Positions 1 through 6,950 of a stretch of DNA of 13,867 bases are shown one piece after another. Each line of letters opens with the position of its first letter. The stretch's first letter is position 1. The stretch spans positions 1 through 13,867 of the forward strand of contig JAUIFC010000103.1 in the NCBI GenBank assembly GCA_030429455.1, given 5' to 3'. Origin of the DNA: Bacteroidia bacterium (lineage in GTDB: Bacteria; Bacteroidota; Bacteroidia; Flavobacteriales; Flavobacteriaceae). The position numbers and the translations under genes are program-made. The notes beneath the pieces are model-generated. The model was not told the origin of the DNA. It did not search any database and saw only the letters and a program-made list of their open reading frames with translations.

Positions 1-915
1 AGGGAAAATTAATCCTTGCTCGTCTGGTAGATAAACTGAAGTTTGTTTGATGCTATCAATGCGTTTTACTTCTTTGAGTTTATGGTTGTAAATAAAGTAT
101 CTTGGTTCTTCTTGAAATGGAGTAACTTCAATAGGAATGAGATTTCCAAATTCTGCAAATCTCACCTTACCATCATCTAAAGTTTGATCTCTGTATTGTA
201 CCGTTTCACTATAAATTCCTGATCCGTCATTGGTGTTATCTTCAACTTTTATGGTTAAATCTCCGCCAACAGTTTCAACAAAAACTTTGTCTACGACAGA
301 AATATGTGGGTGTTTGCCATAACGGTGCATGTCTCTGTCGATATCACGCCAAAGGAATTCGTGTTGAGGTGGTAATTTATACTCGTGGTCACTTCGATTG
401 TCAATGTAAGTGATTTGATTATCTCTGATGAGCCACTTAAAGGTTTTGATATCATCGAGTCTTTCGCTGATTTGAAAAACCATGAACAGAAAATTGCCTA
501 CTCGTCCAAAACGGGCAAAAAAGGTATTTCTATAATATTTGTAGAGGTTTTCAAAATCAGTTTTAAATTGAGGATCGTTTATAAAATCGTGCGCTTGGAC
601 TTGAAAAGTATTGTTCTCAAACTTATAAATGCTGAAAACATCTGTTAAGCTGATATCCTGTCGTAAACCAAAATGCACATTATATCCAAAAATACAGATG
701 TCATCAAATGAAATAATGTCTCTAGGAATACAATTATTTTCTGTTAAAATACGATTGTTAGCAATCAGTTTTGTCTCAAGAGCGCCAAATACGTTTTTCC
801 GTGCTGCATTTAGTTTTCCAATGCGTTCCTGTAGAGTGTTGGTGTGCGTCTTTAAACGTCCACGAATAATTTCGTAAGTATCGGTATTTAATTGAGTGGT
901 GTTGTTTTCTGCCAT
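1..915 (-). CDS. N-terminal 305 aa of a larger conserved hypothetical protein. The ATG is the reverse complement of CAT at 913-915, and the gene runs off the left edge of the window. The fragment is beta-rich and aromatic-rich with no P-loop. Function is unassigned.
   Basis: I reverse-complemented 1-915 by hand and the frame is fully open for 305 codons from the ATG at 915. The translation begins MAENNTTQLNTDTYEIIRGRLKTHTNTLQERIGKLNAARKNVFGALETKLIANNRILTENNCIPRDI. No complete ORF is reported for it in the six-frame track because it has no stop inside the window. The two plus-strand ORFs at 385-648 and 629-877 are antisense to it. Confidence 0.6.
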   Translation of the reverse strand, partial: MAENNTTQLNTDTYEIIRGRLKTHTNTLQERIGKLNAARKNVFGALETKLIANNRILTENNCIPRDIISFDDICIFGYNVHFGLRQDISLTDVFSIYKFENNTFQVQAHDFINDPQFKTDFENLYKYYRNTFFARFGRVGNFLFMVFQISERLDDIKTFKWLIRDNQITYIDNRSDHEYKLPPQHEFLWRDIDRDMHRYGKHPHISVVDKVFVETVGGDLTIKVEDNTNDGSGIYSETVQYRDQTLDDGKVRFAEFGNLIPIEVTPFQEEPRYFIYNHKLKEVKRIDSIKQTSVYLPDEQGLIFP

Positions 916-1140
916 ATTTTTTATCTCACGCGAAGGCGCATAGGCGCAAAAGGGTTATGTATTTCTTAATTCTGTCACTTTGAGTGTTTAACCTGAGGCA
1001 CGAAGCTTAAGCGTTTCGAGAAGTTCGTAAAGTTTTCGACACTAATTTTTCTTTCCTCAATACTCACTAGCAATGACGTATTTACTTAGCAAATCAATAT
1101 TTTCTATTTTAAGTTTTATTTTTTTACTTAAGGAAAATGC

Positions 1141-1186
1141 CAAAAGGCAAAAGGGTGTTTTTCTATTTTTAAATTCAAAAACACCC
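1141..1186 (-). terminator. Rho-independent terminator for the minus-strand pspA-nfeD-flotillin transcript.
   Basis: A perfect 10-bp stem joins GGGTGTTTTT (1153-1162) to AAAAACACCC (1177-1186) around a 14-nt loop. On the minus-strand RNA this hairpin is followed at once by UUUUGCCUUUUG, the complement of 1141-1152. A second 6-bp hairpin (CCCTTC 1195-1200 with GAAGGG 1209-1214) precedes it. The whole element lies about 100 nt downstream of the flotillin stop at 1312. Confidence 0.6.
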
Positions 1187-1311
1187 ATCACTAGCCCTTC
1201 CCTCAATAGAAGGGAAATTGTTTATAATTCCAAGAATAATTAAACACAATAAAATTCATAAGCTATTAAATAAAATTTAAAGTTAATCGAACTAACATGC
1301 ATGTGTTTTTC

Positions 1312-3372
1312 TTACTTTAATTTCTTATCACTTATTCCAAGTCCTTTTGCAAAGTTTAAAAGGTTAGAAATCATATTGCTATCTTCTCCATCGGCTTCTT
1401 TGTTCATTTTGAGTAAAAGATTTGCAATGCTTAGATTTTTTATATCTTCTGAACTGATGCCATAACGATCTGCCATTGCTTTTACTTTATCAATTAAGTT
1501 GCCTTGAACATCGCTATCGGTTAAAATGGCATCTTTAATATCTGTTATATTTTCACTATGGTTTACTAGCCTGTCAAATCCTTTTGAGGTTGTAATCTGA
1601 CCCATAATTTGCTCAAAGAACATGGTTTCTCCACCGACAATATCAATATTTGCAGTTTTCAAGGCTTCGGCTATAACTTTGGCTTGGGCATCTGCAATGT
1701 CTTTTTGAATGTTAACTTTAGCCAATTCAATTTGAAGTTCTTTATTCAACTTTAGCTTAAACTCTTCATGTTCTTTTCCAACACCATCAAGTTTCTTCAT
1801 AGCTTCTGCTTTTTCTTCGATTCCAGCGGCATCGGCAAGAGCTTTCTCTTTTATTACCTCGGCTTCTGCTAGGCCGTCTTTGCGTTTAGCATCTGCTTTT
1901 ACCTCAATGCCTTTGGCTTCTGCAATGGCTTTTTTCTCAATAATTAATGCGTCAACTAATCCTTGTCTTTCGTTGGCATCTGCTTTAGCGTGCATTACTT
2001 GAGCTTCGGAAATTCCAATTGTTGCTTCTTCTTTCGCTTTGGCTTCAGCAATGATTTTTCTTGCTTCTGCTTCTTTAGAGCTGGCCTCTTTTTTTGCAAG
2101 CGCTTCGATGTTTATTTCTTCAGCTTTTTGCTTCATGGCCTCTTTTTGTCCTTCTGCTTCCTTTATGGTTTTTATCAGTTGATCTTGAGCTTCGGCTTCG
2201 GCTCTAGTGATGGCAACTTGTTTCTCTCTTTCAGCCGTTTTGAAGGCTTGGATATCTTTCATGTTTTCTTGCTCTTCGACCACTCCTTTTTCTAGAGCCA
2301 CACGATCTCGTATAACATCTTGAATGTTTTTCTTTTCGACTTCGACCACTTTTTCTTTTTCGATTTGAGCAAGTGTTACGATACGTTCTCTTTCGGTTTC
2401 TTCAAGTGCTCTGTCTTTTTCAACTCGCTCTGTTTCTACAGCATTTGTGCGTTGTTTGTTTTTTTCGGCAACTATGATTTGACGTTGCATATTTTCTTCG
2501 GCCACTTTGACTTTTTCCTCTGTAGAGATTCTGGCAGATTCAGATTTTAAGCGTTCTTCTTCAGCGACTTTTAATATTTCTGCTTCTTCACGTGACTTGA
2601 TGTTGGCGATTTCTCTTTTTTGAGATTCTTCTTTTTCTGCCAACTGTCTATCGAGTTCAAGAATGGCTTCACGGGCTTCTACGTCTTGTTTGCGAATTAC
2701 TTTTTCTTCGTCACGCTTGATCAAGTTTGCCTTTTTATTTTGTTCAGCGGTTAGTTCTGTGATTTTCTTAATCCCTTCTGCATCAAGGATATTCGAAGCG
2801 CTTAAGAAATCAACTGGAGTTTGTTCTAAGTAATCGATAGCGCAATCTTCCAAAGTATAGCCATTAAGATCGGTTCCAATAATGTCGACAATTTCGTCTC
2901 TAAATTCTCTTCGAGCTTCGTAAAGTTCAGTAAATTCAAACTTCTTACCAACCGTTTTTAAAGCTTCAGAGAATTTAGCTTCAAAAAGTTCTTCTAAAGT
3001 TTTTATTTGTGAAGCTCTAGCGCAACCAATGGTTTGTGCTACTTTTTTAATTGCATCGACATCGTTATTTACTCGAACGAAAAAGGCGACTTTGATATCT
3101 GCACGCATGTTGTCGCGACAAATCAGTCCATCTCCTCCCAAACGTTCGATTTCAATTTTTTTAACTGAAATATCCATGATTTCCAGCTTATTAAAAACAG
3201 GAACAACATACATCCCTTGGTCTGTAGCGATTTTGGTCCCTTGAAATCCAGTTTTAACCAAGGCTTGTCCTTGCGGTACTTTTTTGTAAAATAGTGCTAC
3301 AATAATAAACCAAGTAGCGATTAGAAAAAGTACTAAACCTAATCCATAAAGTGCGAATGAAGATAAATCCAT
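1312..3372 (-). CDS. Flotillin / SPFH (band-7) family membrane protein of 686 aa. It resembles YqiK/FloT, with an N-terminal TM helix, an SPFH core and a very long E/A/K-rich coiled-coil.
   Basis: The N-terminus carries a hydrophobic helix (LYGLGLVLFLIATWFIIVALF). It is followed by an SPFH-like segment (VKTGFQGTKIATDQGMYVVPVFNKLEIMDISVKKIEI...). Hundreds of residues of EA/KE-rich heptad-like sequence follow (AEAEAQDQ, KEAEARKIIAEAKAKEEA), as is typical of YqiK-type flotillins. The gene is tightly coupled to the upstream nfeD-like gene through a 5-nt gap. Confidence 0.75.
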   Translation of the reverse strand: MDLSSFALYGLGLVLFLIATWFIIVALFYKKVPQGQALVKTGFQGTKIATDQGMYVVPVFNKLEIMDISVKKIEIERLGGDGLICRDNMRADIKVAFFVRVNNDVDAIKKVAQTIGCARASQIKTLEELFEAKFSEALKTVGKKFEFTELYEARREFRDEIVDIIGTDLNGYTLEDCAIDYLEQTPVDFLSASNILDAEGIKKITELTAEQNKKANLIKRDEEKVIRKQDVEAREAILELDRQLAEKEESQKREIANIKSREEAEILKVAEEERLKSESARISTEEKVKVAEENMQRQIIVAEKNKQRTNAVETERVEKDRALEETERERIVTLAQIEKEKVVEVEKKNIQDVIRDRVALEKGVVEEQENMKDIQAFKTAEREKQVAITRAEAEAQDQLIKTIKEAEGQKEAMKQKAEEINIEALAKKEASSKEAEARKIIAEAKAKEEATIGISEAQVMHAKADANERQGLVDALIIEKKAIAEAKGIEVKADAKRKDGLAEAEVIKEKALADAAGIEEKAEAMKKLDGVGKEHEEFKLKLNKELQIELAKVNIQKDIADAQAKVIAEALKTANIDIVGGETMFFEQIMGQITTSKGFDRLVNHSENITDIKDAILTDSDVQGNLIDKVKAMADRYGISSEDIKNLSIANLLLKMNKEADGEDSNMISNLLNFAKGLGISDKKLK

Positions 3373-3377
3373 AGTGT

Positions 3378-4136
3378 TTAATAGTTGTTTTTATAGGGTT
3401 GAACGTAAAAATATGTTTTTTCTGGACCTTGACGAATGATCAAGAAATTTTCGTTGTATGTTATCGGCTCTCCATTTTCTGATTTGATGTAAATAGAGTA
3501 AGGATTACCTTCAATAACCACTTTTCCACTGCCCATTTTTTTGTCCTTAATGTTAGAAAGACTAGTGCCTTGTCTACCAATAAAGTCAACAGGAGCATCC
3601 CCATCTTTGTTTAATTTTCTAAAAAAAGATTTGAAAGGATTTGAAAAGAATTTGCCTACAAATAAGGCTGGGATAAAACTCAAAGCCATGATAAAAAATC
3701 CAAATTGAGCATCGTGCAAGTGCAAAAATCCTGTGATGCCAACCGAAATAAGCCACCAAAAAAAGACGAGGCAAGTAAAAGTAAACATAAATGGTAAGCC
3801 AACGAAGTTGAAGTAAATTAGAAATACTTGCCACCATTTTAATGGTCTTTGCCTTTTGTTTATGACATCTTCCTTATTTACTTCGGTGTTTAGAGCGTCA
3901 TCTAGAGATGAGGTTTCCATAGCGGCAGAGGTGTCCAAGTCTGCATCAACATCGATATCAACGTCTACATCGACATCGAAGTCCACATCGAAATCTAGAC
4001 CGCTAAACATTGAAAACAGCCAATAAACCATTAATAAAATAACTAAAATGCTGAGGGCAGTATTTACAGGAGAAAAGAAAATATCTAACATGATAGCTTG
4101 ATTTTTTGGTTCGTTAACTAATGTATTGTTATACAA
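3378..4136 (-). CDS. NfeD-like membrane protein of the YqiJ/YuaF type, the usual partner of flotillin. It has an N-terminal TM helix, an acidic DV/DF repeat, further TM helices and a C-terminal soluble beta-rich domain.
   Basis: The gene sits directly upstream of a flotillin gene with a 5-nt gap, which is the canonical NfeD-SPFH pairing. It has hydrophobic stretches (ALSILVILLMVYWLFSMF, then WWQVFLIYFNFVGLPFMFTFTCLVFFWWLISVGITGFL). The C-terminus (GSGKVVIEGNPYSIYIKSENGEPITYNENFLIIRQ) is compatible with an OB-fold-like NfeD domain. Confidence 0.55.
   Translation of the reverse strand: MYNNTLVNEPKNQAIMLDIFFSPVNTALSILVILLMVYWLFSMFSGLDFDVDFDVDVDVDIDVDADLDTSAAMETSSLDDALNTEVNKEDVINKRQRPLKWWQVFLIYFNFVGLPFMFTFTCLVFFWWLISVGITGFLHLHDAQFGFFIMALSFIPALFVGKFFSNPFKSFFRKLNKDGDAPVDFIGRQGTSLSNIKDKKMGSGKVVIEGNPYSIYIKSENGEPITYNENFLIIRQGPEKTYFYVQPYKNNY
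3933..3995 (-). repeat. Imperfect hexanucleotide (GAYRTC)n tract encoding the acidic repeat DFDVDFDVDVDVDIDVDADLD inside the NfeD-like protein.
   Basis: The plus strand reads gtccaagtctgcatcaacatcgatatcaacgtctacatcgacatcgaagtccacatcgaaatc. Translated on the minus strand this gives alternating Asp and hydrophobic residues for 21 aa, placed between the first TM helix and the second TM block. Confidence 0.8.
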
Positions 4137-4324
4137 ATGAACAAAACCTTATTTGAAAATTTTAATCTTTTATTTTTTATTTATCATTTAAATTTCTGTC
4201 GAAAAATACTTTATGAATTAAGCATAAAAGAAGTTAACCAAATGCGACAAAATTAACGGCTACGATTTTATTTAAAATGAAAATACCAGAAAATTCTAAG
4301 AGTTCAAAAGTGTCCATTTTCAAT

Positions 4325-4351
4325 GTATCCCGATAGGAGATATCGGGATAC
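4325..4351. promoter_or_regulatory. Perfect 11-bp inverted repeat with a 5-nt spacer (GTATCCCGATA-GGAGA-TATCGGGATAC). It lies in the 298-nt spacer between pspA and the nfeD-like gene and is a candidate operator or attenuator hairpin.
   Basis: I verified the pairing by hand: positions 4325-4335 pair with 4351-4341 with no mismatch. The element lies about 85 nt downstream of the pspA stop and about 190 nt upstream of the nfeD-like start. No U-tract follows it in the minus-strand sense. Confidence 0.45.
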
Positions 4352-4434
4352 AGGGTTTTAAAAACTTCAATTTCAAGATGACATTTTGGTCTAAATTGGA
4401 ATACAACTTATGTTTTGATGTCATTCGGGTATGC

Positions 4435-5133
4435 TTAGTTGTTGTCTTCAGCAAGTTTTTTCTTAAGAGCAGCTAATTGATCAGATGCCTTTGTGGAAGA
4501 AGTGTCGGCAGCTTTGTTAATTTCTTCTTCGATCGAAGTATTACTTTCTGCGATTTCTCCATAAGCCTCTGCTTTAGCTTCTTCTTGAGCAACTTTGTCT
4601 CTCATTCTTTCGAGCATAGAAACGGTGCTGTTACTGTCTATTTGTGCCATTTGCTTATTAAGGTTGGTTTGGGCTTTACTGACTTTGACTCTCGATTTAA
4701 GCGTTCTCAATTCGTTTTCCCATTGCGAAATGGTACTTTTCAATTTATTAATATTGGCTTCAATCTCTTGGACAGACTTTATAGTCTTGTCGTATTCTGC
4801 TTTGGCCGTTTGTGCATTGGTTTCGTTTTCTTGCTTTTTAAGCAAGGCTTGTTCGGCTAATCGATCTTTATCTGCGTCAGCAATATCAGCTTTTTGTAAG
4901 ATGGCAATAGCTTTATGCTCGTATTGTTTAGCGCTTTCAGAATATTTCTTTTCGTCGTTTTTAGACCTGATGGTCATCGCTTTTACTTGAGCCAAGGCTT
5001 CGATGCTTTTGGCTAAATCTGCCTTTAAATCTCTAATGCCTTGTTCTGTCATTTTTATGGGGTCTTCCATTTTTTCTATAGCAGAATGTGCCTCTGCTTC
5101 ACCTATTTTGAATAATCTTTTGAAAATGTTCAT
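4435..5133 (-). CDS. pspA: PspA/IM30 family protein (phage-shock protein A, in the Vipp1/ESCRT-III superfamily), 232 aa.
   Basis: The N-terminus MNIFKRLFKIGEAEAHSAIEKMEDPIKMTEQGIRDLKADLAKS lines up with the PspA consensus [40 protein letters not shown]. The rest of the protein is all coiled-coil. Confidence 0.85.
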   Translation of the reverse strand: MNIFKRLFKIGEAEAHSAIEKMEDPIKMTEQGIRDLKADLAKSIEALAQVKAMTIRSKNDEKKYSESAKQYEHKAIAILQKADIADADKDRLAEQALLKKQENETNAQTAKAEYDKTIKSVQEIEANINKLKSTISQWENELRTLKSRVKVSKAQTNLNKQMAQIDSNSTVSMLERMRDKVAQEEAKAEAYGEIAESNTSIEEEINKAADTSSTKASDQLAALKKKLAEDNN

Positions 5134-5138
5134 GTGTT

Positions 5139-5531
5139 CTAATATTTTGAAAATTTAATAATTTGTTCTGCGTATTCGCTCATTAACAGACTGAGCGAGT
5201 TGAGGGTAGCTTCCAATTCCTCGATGTCTAAAGTATCTATTTGAAGCGTATCTCTAAAAATGACTTTCTCTCCTGTGTGGTCCAGTACGAAAGCGCCATG
5301 TACGATGTCTCTGTTTTTCTTCAATAGACTTTTAAAAATTTCATGCGAAGGATTTTCGACTTTAAATATGTATTGTTCTACAATTAGGATTGGTGGAGCA
5401 ATACCAAGAACAAGATTTTTAATGCCATGTTCTTCTTTTTGTATGACCAAAATGCCTTCTTTTTCCTTTTCGTGAGTTATGGTGTAGTCTAACTGCACCA
5501 AATATTCTTTGATATTTTCTGTGTAATTCAT
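5139..5531 (-). CDS. Small 130-aa cytoplasmic protein translationally coupled to pspA through a 5-nt gap. It may be a YbjN-like or other PspA-associated partner protein.
   Basis: An intact ORF ends 5 nt before the pspA start. It has mixed alpha/beta character (ILVIQKEEHGIKNLVLGIAPPILIVEQYIF ... EELEATLNSLSLLMSEYAEQI) and no TM segment. The family assignment is a guess. Confidence 0.5.
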   Translation of the reverse strand: MNYTENIKEYLVQLDYTITHEKEKEGILVIQKEEHGIKNLVLGIAPPILIVEQYIFKVENPSHEIFKSLLKKNRDIVHGAFVLDHTGEKVIFRDTLQIDTLDIEELEATLNSLSLLMSEYAEQIIKFSKY

Positions 5532-5691
5532 AGAATAAAATTAAATAAAAATATCTTTTAAACTATCGATAAGACTAATTAATAATAATGTTAATGAATT
5601 TGCCATTTTTTTTGTGTTTTTATTTATTTTTGCTAAAATTGATGGTACAAATATAAGTAATTATTTTTAATTTGCAAATAAAATTAGCAAA
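5532..5691. promoter_or_regulatory. Divergent, AT-rich promoter region. It is shared by the minus-strand psp/flotillin cluster and the plus-strand XRE/S24-like regulator.
   Basis: This is a 160-nt intergenic region between divergent starts at 5531 (minus) and 5692 (plus). A TAATTTG-like element sits about 25 nt upstream of the 5692 ATG. On the minus strand a TAGTTTAA-like element lies upstream of 5531. Both resemble the Bacteroidetes -7 motif TAnnTTTG, but neither matches it exactly. Confidence 0.3.
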
Positions 5692-6366
5692 ATGTCGCAT
5701 TTTGGAACAAATATTAAAAAATTACGTCGGCTTAAATCGATGTCGCAAACAGAATTAGCAGACCTAATAGGCTTAAAACGAGGTGCTTTAGGGGCTTACG
5801 AAGAAGGTAGGAGTGAACCTAAGGTAGAAACAATAATTCATACTGCTAATTATTTTAGCATTTCGATTGATGGTCTTTTGACCAGAGAATTGTCGATAAA
5901 TGAACTTTTAAACTTCAATACAGACCTCACAACGGATGAAAGTCAGCTTAGAACGACCTTTCCTAAAATACCATTCATTACAAAATCGAACTACACAGAT
6001 TATGTAAAGTATTACAACAAGGAGAATTTTGTTTCCAAAATGCCCTATATGGAATGGCCTGTCGAAGAGGCGTCCAAGTCTTATCGGTTTTATGAAATAA
6101 CAGATTTGGAAATGAGTGATAATAAAGGAGGATTGTATCCTAAGGATATCATACTTTTAGAGAAAATTGAAATCAATGACATTTCAACACCTATAAAAGC
6201 TCTAGTTCTTTATGACGAATTAAGATTTAGGAATTTACACATTAGTGCCGAACAAGCAATACTTAAAGCAGAACATCCAGCTATTGAAGATGTTTTAATT
6301 CAAACCTCTGAAATCAAAGAAATATGGGCCTTGGTTGGTGTGTATCAAAAGTTTAGAGATATTTAA
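5692..6366 (+). CDS. XRE-family (Cro/CI-type) HTH transcriptional regulator with a C-terminal LexA/CI-like S24 peptidase-fold domain, 224 aa.
   Basis: The N-terminal sequence IKKLRRLKSMSQTELADLIGLKRGALGAYEEGRSEPKVETIIHTANYFSISIDGLL is a textbook XRE HTH. The C-terminal half parallels the LexA C-domain. EITDLEMSDNKGGLYPKDIILLEK resembles RVSGMSMKDIGIMDGDLLAV, and KEIWALVGVYQKF resembles IEGLAVGVIRN. Confidence 0.7.
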   Translation: MSHFGTNIKKLRRLKSMSQTELADLIGLKRGALGAYEEGRSEPKVETIIHTANYFSISIDGLLTRELSINELLNFNTDLTTDESQLRTTFPKIPFITKSNYTDYVKYYNKENFVSKMPYMEWPVEEASKSYRFYEITDLEMSDNKGGLYPKDIILLEKIEINDISTPIKALVLYDELRFRNLHISAEQAILKAEHPAIEDVLIQTSEIKEIWALVGVYQKFRDI

Positions 6367-6372
6367 TACCAT

Positions 6373-6633
6373 TTATTTGCCATCAAACCATATTCCTTTC
6401 TTACTGATTGTCGATTTTGGGATATCAGAATATTTTGCAAATACATCTTTTTTAGACAATTCTGTGGCTTTAGGTAGTCCTGGAATGGTTTGATTATGAA
6501 AGATATGTTCGCACACAGTATCTATTGCCTCTTGAGCATTGACTGCTGTAACACCAAATATATTGTACTTGCCGAATTGGATTTCAAAGAATTTTAATTC
6601 TGAAGATTCGCTTTTAAATAGTTTCCAGAACAT
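6373..6633 (-). CDS. Hypothetical small protein of 86 aa.
   Basis: An intact ORF (MFWKLFKSESSELKFFEIQFGKYNIFGVTAVNAQEAIDTVCEHIFHNQ...) lies tail-to-tail with the regulator, 3 nt from it. It has its own upstream palindrome and does not overlap a stronger ORF. I see no recognisable motifs. Confidence 0.4.
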   Translation of the reverse strand: MFWKLFKSESSELKFFEIQFGKYNIFGVTAVNAQEAIDTVCEHIFHNQTIPGLPKATELSKKDVFAKYSDIPKSTISKKGIWFDGK

Positions 6634-6654
6634 GGTTAAAAGTAATTTAATCGT

Positions 6655-6680
6655 TAAATATACTTTTTTTAGTATATTTA
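6655..6680. promoter_or_regulatory. 10-bp perfect inverted repeat, TAAATATACT-TTTTTT-AGTATATTTA. It lies in the divergent intergenic region between the 86-aa gene and the secreted TPR-like gene.
   Basis: I hand-checked that 6655-6664 is the reverse complement of 6671-6680. The element is 22 nt upstream of the minus-strand start at 6633 and 31 nt upstream of the ATG at 6711. Confidence 0.3.
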
Positions 6681-6710
6681 TTGAGACGACTTAATTTAAA
6701 TCAAAGCAAT

Positions 6711-6950
6711 ATGAAAAGTTCTGTCTTATTTTCTTTTAGTTTATTTCTAATAGTTGAACTTATTCATGCACAAAATTATAAGGTTACAACTGGAGTTATT
6801 GAATACCAAGCTCAAAACTATGAAGAGGCTATTAACAACCTAGAATCTGCACCTGTAGACCTAAGTCACTTGAAAGAAAAAAAATACCTAAGGCTTTATC
6901 TGCTTTTAGGCGTCGGCAAATGCAGGAATCAGAGTCCTCATCCATCATAG
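6711..6950 (+). CDS. Signal-peptide-bearing N-terminal segment of a TPR-like protein. It probably belongs to the same gene as 6920-7579 and has been interrupted by a frameshift.
   Basis: The ATG at 6711 gives MKSSVLFSFSLFLIVELIHAQNYK, a classic signal peptide. The track ORF begins at an upstream TTG at 6681. The frame ends at TAG 6948-6950 and overlaps the next ORF by 31 nt in a different frame. Confidence 0.45.
   Translation: MKSSVLFSFSLFLIVELIHAQNYKVTTGVIEYQAQNYEEAINNLESAPVDLSHLKEKKYLRLYLLLGVGKCRNQSPHPS

Noticed and set aside
385-877. Plus-strand ORFs 385-648 and 629-877.
   Set aside because: They are antisense to the continuous 305-codon minus-strand ORF (1-915), which has a far more protein-like composition.
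916-1140. Possible tRNA or ncRNA in the GC-containing leader (GTTCGTAAAG resembles a T-loop).
   Set aside because: I could not build a cloverleaf by eye. No acceptor or anticodon arms are evident. I have kept it only as a possible structured leader in the findings.
1963-2550. Plus-strand ORFs 1963-2295 and 2320-2550 (F/L/S/C-rich translations).
   Set aside because: They lie antisense to the flotillin coiled-coil region. Their low-complexity Phe/Leu/Ser composition is simply the reverse-frame reading of GAA/GCT/AAA-rich coding sequence. They have no start context or motifs.
3029-3244. Plus-strand ORF of 71 aa.
   Set aside because: It is antisense within the flotillin SPFH region. It is short and featureless.
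3619-3837. Minus-strand 72-aa ORF nested in the nfeD-like gene.
   Set aside because: It is in an alternative frame of the far longer membrane-protein ORF, and its sequence is an artefact of that frame.
4477-4990. Two overlapping plus-strand ORFs (127 and 131 aa).
   Set aside because: They are antisense to pspA and low-complexity. The PspA frame has clear family homology.
5260-5475. Plus-strand 71-aa ORF.
   Set aside because: It is antisense inside the 130-aa psp-associated gene. It has no support.
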